NCBI RefSeq assembly: GCF_039541115.1
Contig: NZ_BAABFP010000002.1
Span: 558,001 to 622,000, forward strand
DNA: 64,000 nucleotides
Direction of reading: 5' to 3'
Origin: Angustibacter luteus
GTDB taxonomy: Bacteria; Actinomycetota; Actinomycetes; Actinomycetales; Angustibacteraceae
Part shown: positions 1 to 9,773 of the stretch, in pieces
Layout: every line of letters begins with the position of its first letter
Numbering within the stretch: position 1 is the stretch's first letter
The notes under the pieces: model-generated
What the model was told of the DNA's origin: nothing
Databases searched by the model: none
The model's input: only the letters and a program-made list of their open reading frames with translations
Translations under genes and position numbers: made by a program

Positions 1-73
1 GCTGGGGCGCCGAGTCGGTGCGGGGCAACGGATTCACAGGAGCGAGTCCATCACACGCGACCGACAACGCCGG

Positions 74-397
74 TCAGTCGCCGTCCCAGCGGGCGCGTCG
101 CAGGTCCACCCGGGTGCCGTCGGGGCGCATCGGCGTCCCCTCGGCCCGCAGCTCGGCCAGCGCGCGGTCCGCGATCTGTGGCGCCGGCGTGCCGTCCGCG
201 CGCAGCACCCGCCACCACGGGACCGACCCGCCGTACGTGCTCATCACCGCACCGACCTGCCGCGGGCCGCCCTCACCGAGGTACTCGGCGACGTCCCCGT
301 AGGTCAGCACCCGGCCCCGCGGCACCTGGTCGACGACCTCCAGGACGAGCGCGGCGAACCGGGGCAGGTGGTCGTCGGGCCGGTCGGTGTCGGGCAC
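74..397 (-). CDS. MGMT-family alkyltransferase-like protein (ATL)
   Basis: C-terminal part of ORF 74..739; motifs VPRGRVLTYGDVA, GPRQVG and PWWRV (W replaces the catalytic C of PCHRV); GTG start at 397. Confidence 0.9.
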   Translation of the reverse strand: MPDTDRPDDHLPRFAALVLEVVDQVPRGRVLTYGDVAEYLGEGGPRQVGAVMSTYGGSVPWWRVLRADGTPAPQIADRALAELRAEGTPMRPDGTRVDLRRARWDGD

Positions 398-431
398 CGG
401 CCCAGTCTGCCGTCCGTGGCACACTCTGCGC

Positions 432-833
432 GTGCACCCAGCCTCCCGCCCTCTCCGGCGCCCCGCCCTGACCCTGCTGGTCGCCGCGGCCGCGTGCTCG
501 CTCGCCGCGTGCGGCGCCGCCGAGGACGCGGCGAAGTCCACCGCCTCCAGCGCCGCCAGCAAGGCGGCGTCCAAGGCCACCGACGCGGCCAAGGACCAGG
601 GCCGAGCGCTGCTCGTCAAGCAGGCCTGCGACCTGCAGGACGGTTCCGGCCCGCTCGCCGACGGCAAGGTCGACGACGCCGACCGCGCGCTCGTCGCGTC
701 GCTGGCCGCCGCGGCCGAGCAGGCCGGCGTCGAGGCCACCTACGTGAAGCCGCTGACGACCCTCGGCTCGTCCGACGCCACCTCGTACCAGACGAGGTCC
801 GCGCTGACCTCGCTGAAGAAGGCCTGTCAGTAG
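432..833 (+). CDS. Putative lipoprotein
   Basis: Basic N-terminus, hydrophobic stretch, lipobox LAAC-G, Ala/Ser-rich linker; GTG at 432 in frame with ORF 387..833. Confidence 0.7.
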   Translation: MHPASRPLRRPALTLLVAAAACSLAACGAAEDAAKSTASSAASKAASKATDAAKDQGRALLVKQACDLQDGSGPLADGKVDDADRALVASLAAAAEQAGVEATYVKPLTTLGSSDATSYQTRSALTSLKKACQ

Positions 834-2029
834 GTCGGCAGGCTCGGGTCGACCTGGTCGACCCACGCGAGCACGCCGCCCTCGAGGTGACGGGCGTCCG
901 GGTGCCCCGCGGCCAGCAACAGCTCGAGCGCCGTAGCCGACCGCACGCCGGACCGGCAGTGCAGCACCACCGGACGGTCGAACGGCAGCTCCGCGAACGC
1001 CTCACCGGTGTCGAACGCCGCCCGGGGCACCGCGATCGCACCGGGGATCGACACGATGGCGCGCTCCCCCGGCTCCCGGACGTCGACCAGGACGACGTCG
1101 CTGTCGCCGCGGTCGCGCGCGGCCAGCAGGTCGGCCAGCTCCTGGGCGTCGACCGTGCCCAGCTCCTGACCCGGCGCCGAGGTCACCGCCCCGGGCAGCC
1201 CGCAGAACTCCTCGTAGTCGATGAGGCCGGTCTCGCGGGTGATGCTCGGCGCGTCCCCGCAGACCACGCACTCCGGGTCCGGCCGGACGGCGAGCTCGCG
1301 CCACGTCGCCCGCAGCGCGTCGTGCACCAGCAGCCGGCCGACGAGCGGCACCCCGATGCCGGTGACCAGCTTGACCACCTCGGTGCCCTGGGCCGCGCCG
1401 ATCGCCGCACAGAGCAGCCCGAGGACGCCGCCCTCAGCGCAGGACGGCACGCTGCCCGCCGGCGGAGGGACCGGGAACAAGCACCGGTAGCAGGGCCCGT
1501 GGCCACCCCAGAAGACGCTGGTCTGCCCGTCGAAGCGGTAGATCGACCCCCACACGCACGGGACGCCGAGCAGCACGCACGCGTCGTTGACCAGGTAGCG
1601 GGTGGCGAAGTTGTCCGTGCCGTCGACGACCAGGTCGTAGCCGGCGAGCACGCCGAGCGCGTTGGACGAGTCCAGCCGCACCGGGTGCGTCACGACCTCG
1701 ACGAGCGGGTTCACCTCGTCGAGGGTGGCCCGCGCCGAGTCGACCTTGAGCCGCCCCACGTCGCTGACGCCGTGCACGACCTGACGCTGCAGGTTGGAGG
1801 CCTCGACGACGTCCGGGTCCACCACGCCGATCGTCCCGATCCCGGCGGCGGCCAGGTAGAGCAGCGCCGGGGAGCCCAGCCCGCCCGCGCCGATCACCGC
1901 GACCCGGGCATTCGCCAGCCGACGCTGACCCAGCTCCCCGACGTCCGGGATCAGCAGGTGCCGCGCGTAGCGCGCGACCTGGTCGCGGTCCAGCGGGGGT
2001 CCCGGTTCGACCAGCGGCGGCAGGCTCAC
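827..2029 (-). CDS. moeZ: Molybdopterin-synthase adenylyltransferase/sulfurtransferase (ThiF + rhodanese)
   Basis: RYARHL, GAGGLG, SNLQRQ, PCYRC, SCAEGGVLG, C-terminal rhodanese CRSGVRS. Confidence 0.95.
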   Translation of the reverse strand: MSLPPLVEPGPPLDRDQVARYARHLLIPDVGELGQRRLANARVAVIGAGGLGSPALLYLAAAGIGTIGVVDPDVVEASNLQRQVVHGVSDVGRLKVDSARATLDEVNPLVEVVTHPVRLDSSNALGVLAGYDLVVDGTDNFATRYLVNDACVLLGVPCVWGSIYRFDGQTSVFWGGHGPCYRCLFPVPPPAGSVPSCAEGGVLGLLCAAIGAAQGTEVVKLVTGIGVPLVGRLLVHDALRATWRELAVRPDPECVVCGDAPSITRETGLIDYEEFCGLPGAVTSAPGQELGTVDAQELADLLAARDRGDSDVVLVDVREPGERAIVSIPGAIAVPRAAFDTGEAFAELPFDRPVVLHCRSGVRSATALELLLAAGHPDARHLEGGVLAWVDQVDPSLPTY

Positions 2030-2063
2030 CAGGCCACTCTACGAACCGGCTGCGACAGCGCGG

Positions 2064-2858
2064 CTAGGGGTACGGCCACGCGTTGGGTCGGCAGGGCGCC
2101 ACCTGCTTGGTCTGCTGCTGCATGACCGGTGCGAGCCGGCCCGCCCCGGGGCACTGCTCGTGCCCGTGCCCGAGGACGTGCCCGACCTCGTGGTTCACCA
2201 CGTACTGCCGGTACACGGACAGCTCCGGGAACTCGGGCGTGCCCCTGACCCACCGGTAGGACGTCAGCACGGCCTGCCGACCGCTGCGGCAGGACAGCTT
2301 GCCGAAGGTCTGCAGGGGGCGGCACAGCCGGGCGGACGTCGTCGGGCTGGCCAGCACGACGTCCACGTCGGCGCTGGCATCGGTCCGGGCGAACGAGCGA
2401 CGCCCGCCGTGGCCCCAGGAGCGCGAGTCGTTGAGCGTGGCCATCACCTGGTTGGCGAAGTCCGCCTCGTCGACGTCCACACCCTGCTCGACCCGCACCC
2501 GCACGGTGGTCACCGGCCCGCGGCCCGGCGCCGCGACGTCCCCTGGCACCGTGACCAGACGCCCCGTACCCGCGGTCGCGACCGACGTCGAGGTCGGCCG
2601 GGCTCCGGTGGTGACCGTGGCCGTCGGGGTGGGGCTCTCGGTCGGGGTCCGAGTCGGGCTGGACGTGGCCCCGGACGACGCCCCGGACGACGCCGCCGGA
2701 CCCGCCGCCGGCGGGGAGCCGCCGCCCACCAGCCACCAGGTCGCCCCGGCGGCCAGGACCGCGACGGCGAGCACCGCGACGATGGTGCGACGTCGCCGAA
2801 CCCGCCTGGGGACCCGTCCGGACACTCGGCGGCGTGGCCGCGCGGGCTGGGACGTCAC
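2064..2858 (-). CDS. DUF3152 membrane-anchored zinc-peptidase-like protein
   Basis: N-terminal TM, S/T/P linker, YRQYVVNHEVGHVLGHGH (HExxHxxGxxH), APVMQQQT. Confidence 0.9.
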   Translation of the reverse strand: MTSQPARPRRRVSGRVPRRVRRRRTIVAVLAVAVLAAGATWWLVGGGSPPAAGPAASSGASSGATSSPTRTPTESPTPTATVTTGARPTSTSVATAGTGRLVTVPGDVAAPGRGPVTTVRVRVEQGVDVDEADFANQVMATLNDSRSWGHGGRRSFARTDASADVDVVLASPTTSARLCRPLQTFGKLSCRSGRQAVLTSYRWVRGTPEFPELSVYRQYVVNHEVGHVLGHGHEQCPGAGRLAPVMQQQTKQVAPCRPNAWPYP

Positions 2859-2878
2859 GGGGTCAAGGGTGGCACGCC

Positions 2879-4195
2879 TCAGGCGTGGCCGCGGTCCCCG
2901 CCCAGGCCGGCACGCCGGTTGAGGGCGTCCAAGGTCGCCCGCACGACGGCGTCCTGCGCGTCGCCGCGGACCAGCGCCGATCCGGTCAGCCGGTCGATGC
3001 CGGCCGGGCCGAGCAGCGAGAGCACGACGACGGCGACGTGGTCGGGGCCGACCTGGAGCATGTCGACCTGGTCGACCTCGAGGCGAGCCGGGGAGGTGAC
3101 GACCTGCTCGACCGCGGCCGCGGTGGCCGCCGCGAGCGCCCGGTGGGCCCCGGAGCCGGTGGCGGGACGGGTGGCCGTCCCCTCGTGCACGACGTCGCCG
3201 GCCCGCAGGTGGACGCTGGCGCTGACCTTGTTGTGCTCGCTGGTCACGACCATCCGCTCCACGACGACCCGCGGGGAGTCGGTGGCACGCCGGGCGGCCC
3301 GGACGACGGGCGCACGCTCGGTCAGGTCGGGTTCGGTCAGGTCGGGTTCGGTCAGGTCGGGTTCGGTCAGGTCGGGTTCGGCGAGGTCGGACGCGGTCAG
3401 GGTCGGGTCGGACTCCACGGCCGTCGGCTGGGCCGGCTCCGGAAACCTGGCCTCAGCCTCGACCTCAGCCTCGACGTCAGGCTCCGGCTGGGTCCCAGCG
3501 TCGGCGGGCTCGGCCTGCTTCGGCAGCGCTCGATGACGGGCGGCGCGTCGACGGAAGGACTCCGGGACGACACCGCCGAACACGTCGTCGACGGCGCTGC
3601 GCAGCTCGGAGTCGTCGCCCAGCTCGGGCCAGAAGTCAGGCAGCTGCTCGGTGGCGCCCTCGAGCTCGGCCCGGACGTCGGCCATGGCGATGCCGGGCAC
3701 GGTGTCCTCGGTGCGGCTCACCTCGTGGACCTGGCCCGCCGCGTCGTCGGCACCCTCGTCGTCGGCCTCGTCGTCGGCATCGTCGTCGGCCTCGTCCACG
3801 ACCTCGTCCACGACGAGCGCGTCCCGCGAGGCGGCCGCGGCCAGGGCCGCGCGCTCGAGCGGCGAGGGTTCGTCGAACGAGGGCTCGAACGCCGGCCGCT
3901 CCTCGGTCTGGGTGAGGACGGCGGACGGTGCCGCCATGGTCTCGACCACGGCCACGACGGGTCGGCCGGTCGGACCGGTGAGCTTGAGTCGCTGGTGCTC
4001 GATGCCGAGACCGAAACGGTGCCTCATCTGGTGCACGGCGGCACCAACGACGGAGGCGTGGTCGAGGTCGCCGGACACCTGCACGCGCAGGACGCCGTCG
4101 CCGCGCTCGTCGAACTCCAGGACGACGTGCTCGACTCCAGGCACGTGGCTGAGGGCGTCGCACATGGTGGCAGCGTCCACCTCGTACGCACTCAC
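2879..4195 (-). CDS. Hypothetical protein with long acidic low-complexity linker
   Basis: GTG start after GAGG; folded-looking N- and C-terminal domains (ends ATLDALNRR) separated by a D/E/P-rich region. Confidence 0.75.
   Translation of the reverse strand: MSAYEVDAATMCDALSHVPGVEHVVLEFDERGDGVLRVQVSGDLDHASVVGAAVHQMRHRFGLGIEHQRLKLTGPTGRPVVAVVETMAAPSAVLTQTEERPAFEPSFDEPSPLERAALAAAASRDALVVDEVVDEADDDADDEADDEGADDAAGQVHEVSRTEDTVPGIAMADVRAELEGATEQLPDFWPELGDDSELRSAVDDVFGGVVPESFRRRAARHRALPKQAEPADAGTQPEPDVEAEVEAEARFPEPAQPTAVESDPTLTASDLAEPDLTEPDLTEPDLTEPDLTERAPVVRAARRATDSPRVVVERMVVTSEHNKVSASVHLRAGDVVHEGTATRPATGSGAHRALAAATAAAVEQVVTSPARLEVDQVDMLQVGPDHVAVVVLSLLGPAGIDRLTGSALVRGDAQDAVVRATLDALNRRAGLGGDRGHA
3321..3410 (-). 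repeat. Coding 15-bp tandem repeat (EPDLT x4 plus degenerate copies)
   Basis: gtcaggtcgggttcg repeated on the + strand. Confidence 0.9.
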
Positions 4196-4349
4196 CTCAG
4201 GCTCCCGGTCACCTTGTGAGTGTCGCACCGGGGGTGGTCCAACAAGAGCCCGAGAGCGCCCCAAACCTCCGAATGGGCTACCGGAGCGTCCCGAACGGCG
4301 TACCGGCCTCTAGGATCGTGCGACAACGGCAGGCTCCCCGAGGAGGAAC

Positions 4350-5021
4350 GTGACCACGTCACCGGCCACCCGAGGTCGCAGCGCCCGGCTGCCCAGGGAC
4401 GCCCGGCGCGCCCAGCTGCTGGTCGCCGCGCAGGAGGTCTTCGTCCGCGCCGGCTACCACGCGGCCGCCATGGACGAGATCGCCGACCAGGCCGGCGTGT
4501 CCAAGCCCGTGCTCTACCAGCACTTCCCGAGCAAGCTGGAGCTCTACCTCGCGCTGTTGGACCAGCACACCGAGGCCATGGTGTCCGCAGTTCGGCAGGC
4601 GCTGGCGTCGACGCACGACAACAAGCAGCGCGTCGCGGCGACGATGGCCGCCTACTTCGAGTTCGTGGACCGCAAGGGCGAGCCCTTCCGACTGGTCTTC
4701 GAGTCGGACCTGACCAGCGAGGCGGCGGTCCGTGAGCGGGTGGACGCGGTGACCGCCCGCTGCGCCGAGGCCATCGCCGAGGTGATCAGCGAGGACACCG
4801 CACTGCCCGAGGACGAGGCGCTGCTGCTCGGTGTCGCCCTCACCGGCATGGCGCAGGTGACGGCCCGCTACTGGATGACGACGCAGGGGTCCATCCCGCG
4901 CGACGCGGCGAGCCGCCTGATCGGCCAGCTCTCCTGGCGCGGGCTCGGCGGCTTCCCCAAGGCGTCCACCCTGGGCGAACACCCGGCGGACGCGGAACAG
5001 GCGGACGACGCGGCCCGTTAG
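4350..5021 (+). CDS. TetR/AcrR family regulator
   Basis: HTH GYHAAAMDEIADQAGVSKPVLYQHFPSK. Confidence 0.95.
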   Translation: MTTSPATRGRSARLPRDARRAQLLVAAQEVFVRAGYHAAAMDEIADQAGVSKPVLYQHFPSKLELYLALLDQHTEAMVSAVRQALASTHDNKQRVAATMAAYFEFVDRKGEPFRLVFESDLTSEAAVRERVDAVTARCAEAIAEVISEDTALPEDEALLLGVALTGMAQVTARYWMTTQGSIPRDAASRLIGQLSWRGLGGFPKASTLGEHPADAEQADDAAR

Positions 5022-5124
5022 CCTGCACGGCAGCAGGGACGTCTCGGCGTCCCGCCCAGCTCGTTCCCGTTCCACCTCGTACCCACATCCGTCCGCTCCG
5101 CCCAGAAGCCAGGAGGCCACCCCC

Positions 5125-5349
5125 GTGGAGGTCAAGATCGGCGTCCAGAACGTCGCCCGCGAGATCACGCTCGAGTCGAACCAGAGCGCGAAGGAGATCT
5201 CCGCGCTGGTCGCCGCCGCCGTCACCGGCGGCAAGCCGCTCGAGCTCACCGACGACAAGGGACGCAGCGTCGTCATCCCGGCCGGCGTGATCGGCTACGT
5301 CGAGATCGGCGCCGAGGGCGAGCGCCGCGTGGGCTTCGGCACCCTCTGA
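5125..5349 (+). CDS. DUF3107 domain protein
   Basis: MEVKIGVQ..REI..., LTDDKGR, YVEIG..RRVGF; RBS aggagg. Confidence 0.9.
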   Translation: MEVKIGVQNVAREITLESNQSAKEISALVAAAVTGGKPLELTDDKGRSVVIPAGVIGYVEIGAEGERRVGFGTL

Positions 5350-5409
5350 GCCACCTGGGGCCCCGCCGCTCGTGTGGCGGGTCCGGGCCCTTGCTGTCAC
5401 GCTCACCGC

Positions 5410-5673
5410 ATGACTATTGAAGGCTTTCTCGGCGCGATCATCATCGGCGCCATCATCGGCGCCCTCGGCCGTCTGCTGCTGCCGGGCCGTCAGCCCATCG
5501 GCATCCTGTGGACGATCCTGGTGGGCATCGTGGCCGCCCTGATCGGCACGTTCATCGTGGGATCCATGCGCGACACCAACGGCATCGACTGGGTCGAGGT
5601 GCTGGTGCAGGTGATCCTGGCCGTGATCGGGGTCGCCGCAGTGGCGTCGTTCAAGCGAGGCCGCACGACCTGA
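5410..5673 (+). CDS. GlsB/YeaQ/YmgE (transglycosylase-associated) membrane protein
   Basis: IIIGAIIGALGRLLLPG..IGILWTILVGIVAALIG; three hydrophobic segments. Confidence 0.85.
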   Translation: MTIEGFLGAIIIGAIIGALGRLLLPGRQPIGILWTILVGIVAALIGTFIVGSMRDTNGIDWVEVLVQVILAVIGVAAVASFKRGRTT

Positions 5674-5691
5674 TCGTTCCCTGACACGACA

Positions 5692-5710
5692 CCGACCCCG
5701 GATGGGTCGG
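5692..5710. terminator. Hairpin between convergent genes
   Basis: ccgaccc-cggat-gggtcgg 7-bp stem. Confidence 0.45.
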
Positions 5711-5711
5711 C

Positions 5712-6416
5712 TCAGGCCGAGAGCCCGAGCCGGCCCATCCGTCGCGTGTGCTCACCGGTGAGCCGCGCGAACATCCGACCGATCTCGGCCAGGTCCGCGC
5801 CGCCGGAGTGGTAGCCCCCGCCCACGAGCAGGCCACCGAGGGCATCGCGTTCGGCGGCCACGCGCTGCGCCTGGGACAGGGCCTCCCCGACGAGCCGGCG
5901 ACCCCACAGCGCGAGGCGTCCGCCGACGGAGCCGTCCCGGTCGATCGCGTCCCGCACGGTGCGCACCGCGAACTCGGCGCCACCCATGTCCTGCACGACC
6001 TCGAGCACCAGCTCGCGGGTGCCGGGGTCGAGGTACGCGGACACCTCGCGGTAGAAGTCGGTGGCGATGCCGTCGCCGACGTAGGCCTTGACCAGGCCCT
6101 CGAGCCAGCTCGAGGGGCGAGTCCGGTCGTGGAACTCGTCGATGGCCGCCACGAAGGGCTGCATGGCCCGCGCCGGGTCGGCGTCCAGCTCCTTGAGCCG
6201 GGCCTCGAGCAGCTCGTAGTGGTGGAACTCGTGCGCGGCCTGACGGCCCAGCGCGGCCTTGTCGGGCAGCGTCGGAGCCAGCTCGGCGTCCGCGGCGAGG
6301 CGGCTGAAGGCCGTCAGCTCGCCGTACGCCATCGCGCCGAGCAGGTCCACGACGGCTTCCCGGTAGTCGGGATCGGCCATCGGGTCCGGCTGGTCGCCGT
6401 CGGTCGGGACGCTCAT
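5712..6416 (-). CDS. Ferritin-like (MiaE-like) protein
   Basis: LGAMAYGELTAFSRLA, EFHHY, KAYVGDGIATDFY, LALWGRRLVGEAL, HTRRM. Confidence 0.9.
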   Translation of the reverse strand: MSVPTDGDQPDPMADPDYREAVVDLLGAMAYGELTAFSRLAADAELAPTLPDKAALGRQAAHEFHHYELLEARLKELDADPARAMQPFVAAIDEFHDRTRPSSWLEGLVKAYVGDGIATDFYREVSAYLDPGTRELVLEVVQDMGGAEFAVRTVRDAIDRDGSVGGRLALWGRRLVGEALSQAQRVAAERDALGGLLVGGGYHSGGADLAEIGRMFARLTGEHTRRMGRLGLSA

Positions 6417-6611
6417 GGCAACGGAGCGTAGCCGGGGCGGGTAGACTGGTGGCGATCCCGGATGCCCGGTCGGACATCAAGAGCACTAGACGGCACCTTC
6501 GTCGCCACGGCACGAGCCTGAAGACAACCGATCGGCTTCCCCCCAGCGCAGCGGCCCGCTGGGCGCCACCGAGCGCCCGGCGTGCGGCCCCGCCCGACCG
6601 AAGGCTCCTGA

Positions 6612-8339
6612 GTGACCGACAACGCGATCGACAACGTGACCGACCCCGACCAGGTCGACCACGACCTGGCCACCATCGACAACAGCGCCGAGCTCGAGGA
6701 GGCCGCGCCCGAGAAGGCGGCGGCGACCTTCGGCGACTACGGCGTGCGCGCCGACATGGTCGAGGCCCTGGCCCGGGTGGGCATCACCTCCCCCTTCCCG
6801 ATCCAGGCGATGACCCTGCCCGTAGCGCTCGACGGCCACGACATCATCGGCCAGGCCAAGACCGGCACCGGCAAGACCCTCGGCTTCGGCCTGCCGCTGC
6901 TGCAGCGCAGCGTCGCCCCGGGCGAGGACGGCTGGGACGCCCTCGAGGCTCCCGGCAAGCCGCAGGCCCTGGTCGTCGTCCCCACCCGTGAGCTCGCCGT
7001 GCAGGTCGCGGGCGACCTCGACACCGCCAGCTCGCTGCGCCAGACGCGCGTGCTCACCGTGTACGGCGGCCGCGCCTACGAGCCGCAGGTCGAGGCCCTG
7101 CGCAAGGGCATCGAGATCGTGGTCGGCACCCCCGGCCGCCTGCTCGACCTGGCCCAGCAGGGCCACCTCGACCTGAGCCACGTCCGCGCCCTGGTGCTGG
7201 ACGAGGCCGACGAGATGCTCGACCTGGGCTTCCTGCCGGACGTCGAGCGGCTGCTCGCGCTCACGCCTGACGGCCGCCAGATGATGATGTTCTCGGCCAC
7301 CATGCCGGGTGCCGTCGTCTCCCTGGCCCGCCGCTTCATGACCCAGCCGACGCACATCCGCGCGATCGACCCCGCGGACGACGGCGCCACGCTCAAGGCG
7401 ATCAGCCAGTTCGTCTACCGCGCCCACGCGATGGACAAGGTCGAGATGATCGCCCGCATCCTGCAGGCCGAGGGCCGCGGGCTGACGATGATCTTCGCTC
7501 GGACCAAGCGCACCGTCGCCAAGGTCGCCGACGACCTGGCCGAGCGTGGCTTCGCCTCGGCCGCCATCCACGGCGACCTCGGCCAGGGTGCGCGTGAGCA
7601 GGCGCTGCGCGCCTTCCGCAACGGCAAGGTCGACGTCCTGGTGGCGACCGACGTCGCCGCCCGAGGCATCGACGTCGAGGGCATCACGCACGTCATCAAC
7701 TACCAGTGCACCGAGGACGAGAAGACGTACCTGCACCGCATCGGGCGCACCGGTCGGGCCGGCCGCACCGGCGTCGCGGTGACCTTCGTCGACTGGGACG
7801 ACCTGCCGCGCTGGGGCCTGATCAACAAGGTCCTCGACCTGGGCATCCCCGAGCCGCAGGAGACGTACTCGAACTCGCCGCACCTGTTCAGCGACATGAA
7901 CATCCCCGAGGGCACCAAGGGGCGGCTGCCGAAGGCGCAGCAGACCCGCGCCGGCCTGCGGGCCGAGCAGGTCGAGGACCTGGGCGAGACCGGCACGCAC
8001 CGCAGCAAGGACGGCGGGCGCAGCAAGGACGGTCACGGAAAGGACGGCGGACGCAGCAGCGGTGGACGGCGGGACGGCGCGAGCCGCTCGACCGGCTCGA
8101 CCGGCTCGAGCAGCCAGCCGAAGGCGGACGACGAGCGCCCGCCCCGCGAGCGCAACCGTCGTCGCACGCGCGGTGGTCAGTCCGACGCGAGCGGCCCGGC
8201 GTCCGACCAGGGTGGCGAGCAGGCGGACTCGGCGTCCAACGGCACCGGTGAGGGCGGCCAGCGCCGCCGTCGCCGCCGTGGCGGCCGCGGTCGTGGTGCG
8301 GGTGCCGGGGCCGCAGCGGCGACCCCGACCGCGGACTGA
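6612..8339 (+). CDS. DEAD-box RNA helicase
   Basis: AKTGTGKT, PTRELA, TPGR, DEAD, SAT, ARGID, HRIGRTGRAG; R/G-rich tail. Confidence 0.97.
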   Translation: MTDNAIDNVTDPDQVDHDLATIDNSAELEEAAPEKAAATFGDYGVRADMVEALARVGITSPFPIQAMTLPVALDGHDIIGQAKTGTGKTLGFGLPLLQRSVAPGEDGWDALEAPGKPQALVVVPTRELAVQVAGDLDTASSLRQTRVLTVYGGRAYEPQVEALRKGIEIVVGTPGRLLDLAQQGHLDLSHVRALVLDEADEMLDLGFLPDVERLLALTPDGRQMMMFSATMPGAVVSLARRFMTQPTHIRAIDPADDGATLKAISQFVYRAHAMDKVEMIARILQAEGRGLTMIFARTKRTVAKVADDLAERGFASAAIHGDLGQGAREQALRAFRNGKVDVLVATDVAARGIDVEGITHVINYQCTEDEKTYLHRIGRTGRAGRTGVAVTFVDWDDLPRWGLINKVLDLGIPEPQETYSNSPHLFSDMNIPEGTKGRLPKAQQTRAGLRAEQVEDLGETGTHRSKDGGRSKDGHGKDGGRSSGGRRDGASRSTGSTGSSSQPKADDERPPRERNRRRTRGGQSDASGPASDQGGEQADSASNGTGEGGQRRRRRRGGRGRGAGAGAAAATPTAD

Positions 8340-8349
8340 CACCTCGGGA

Positions 8350-8940
8350 ATGACCCTCCCGGAACCGGCCCGGTTCACCACCGGCCTGCTCCTGGCTCTC
8401 CCGGAGCTCGCGGAGTTCACCTCGCCGTGGCGGTCGACGTCCTACGCGCCGGACCACCCGGCGCTGCCGATCGAGCGCCGGTTCCCGCCGCACATCACCC
8501 TGCTCACGCCCTGGGCCGGCCCGGACGACGAGCGCGCGATGGCGCTGCTGCGCCGGGTGGCGTCGTCCCATGTGCCGTTCGACCTGGAGTTCGCCTCCGC
8601 GGACCTGTTCGAGGGCTCGGCCGTGGTCTGGCTGCGGCCGACCACGAACCCGGCCCTGGATGCGCTCCTGCGGGACGTGCTGCAGGCGTTCCCCGAGTAC
8701 CCGCCGTACGAGGGCCTGCACCCGGACCCCACGATGCACGTGACCGTCTCGGCCGACGGCGACGAGGCGGTGCTCGCGCAGGTCCGCTCAGCGCTGGCCG
8801 AGACCGGGCCGCTGCAGGCGCACGCGAGCCGGATCGCCGTCTTCGCCCGCGGGGACGACGAGATCTGGGCGCACGCCGCGTCGATCCCGCTCGGGGATCA
8901 GGCCCAGCCGTCGAGCAGCGTCGCTGCGACCTCGCGATAG
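8350..8940 (+). CDS. 2'-5' RNA ligase / 2H phosphoesterase family protein
   Basis: Two HxT motifs (PHITL, MHVTV); ATG at 8350. Confidence 0.85.
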   Translation: MTLPEPARFTTGLLLALPELAEFTSPWRSTSYAPDHPALPIERRFPPHITLLTPWAGPDDERAMALLRRVASSHVPFDLEFASADLFEGSAVVWLRPTTNPALDALLRDVLQAFPEYPPYEGLHPDPTMHVTVSADGDEAVLAQVRSALAETGPLQAHASRIAVFARGDDEIWAHAASIPLGDQAQPSSSVAATSR

Positions 8941-9692
8941 GCCGCCGCGCCCTTCGAGCCGCGGGCCGAGGCGAGGATCGAGCGCCCCACCGCGGGCGCC
9001 TCGGCGAACCGCACCGACTTGGGGATGGGCGGCGCGAGCACGGGCACCCCGTAGCGCTCGGGGAGGTCGGCGAGGACGGCCCGCTGGTGCGTGGTGCGGC
9101 CGTCGAACATGGTGGGCAGCATCCCCAGGACGCTCAGCCGGGGGTTCAGGATCCGCTGGACGTCGGCGACCGTGTCGAGCAGCTGGCCGACCCCGCGGTG
9201 GCTGAGCATCTCGCACTGCAGCGGGATCAGCACCTCGCTGGCCGCGGTCAGCGCGTTCAGCGTCAGCACGCCGAGCGACGGCGAGCAGTCGATCAGGATC
9301 ACGTCGTAGCCGTCCAGCACCGGCTCGAGCGCGGTGCGCAGCACGAACTCGCGGCCGGGGCGGCCCATCAGCTGGGCATCGGCCCCCGCCAGCTCGATGG
9401 TGGACGGGATGAGGTCCATGCCGTCGTCGGTCCCCTGCACCGCATCGGCCGCGTCCACCGTGCCCAGCAGGACGGCGTCCACCGCGACCTCGACCGAGTC
9501 GGGGTCGATGCCGAGCGAGAACGTCAGGCACGCCTGGGCGTCCAGGTCGACCAGCAGCACCCGCCGGCCCGCCTCGGCGAACGCCGCACCCAGCGCGGCC
9601 ACGGTCGTGGTCTTGGCGACGCCGCCCTTCTGGTTCGCGACGGCGACCACCCGGGGACCCGAACGAGGGGTACTGCTGCTGGTCCGGGGCAC
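8898..9692 (-). CDS. ParA/Soj family ATPase
   Basis: NQKGGVAKTTT, DLDAQ, IDCSPSLG, VRFAEAP; GTG after aggagg. Confidence 0.95.
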   Translation of the reverse strand: MPRTSSSTPRSGPRVVAVANQKGGVAKTTTVAALGAAFAEAGRRVLLVDLDAQACLTFSLGIDPDSVEVAVDAVLLGTVDAADAVQGTDDGMDLIPSTIELAGADAQLMGRPGREFVLRTALEPVLDGYDVILIDCSPSLGVLTLNALTAASEVLIPLQCEMLSHRGVGQLLDTVADVQRILNPRLSVLGMLPTMFDGRTTHQRAVLADLPERYGVPVLAPPIPKSVRFAEAPAVGRSILASARGSKGAAAYREVAATLLDGWA

Positions 9693-9773
9693 CGGATCCT
9701 CCTGACGATGTGACAGCAGTGCAGGAAAGTGACGACAGTAAATTCCCCATCGGTGTCGCCGCTCTAGGCAAGA

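Noticed and set aside
1..37. Possible GTG start of a minus-strand gene running off the window
   Set aside because: Only 12 codons visible; product cannot be supported
9700..9740. Two GTGAC words as an MtrA box
   Set aside because: Spacing does not fit an 11-bp-period direct repeat
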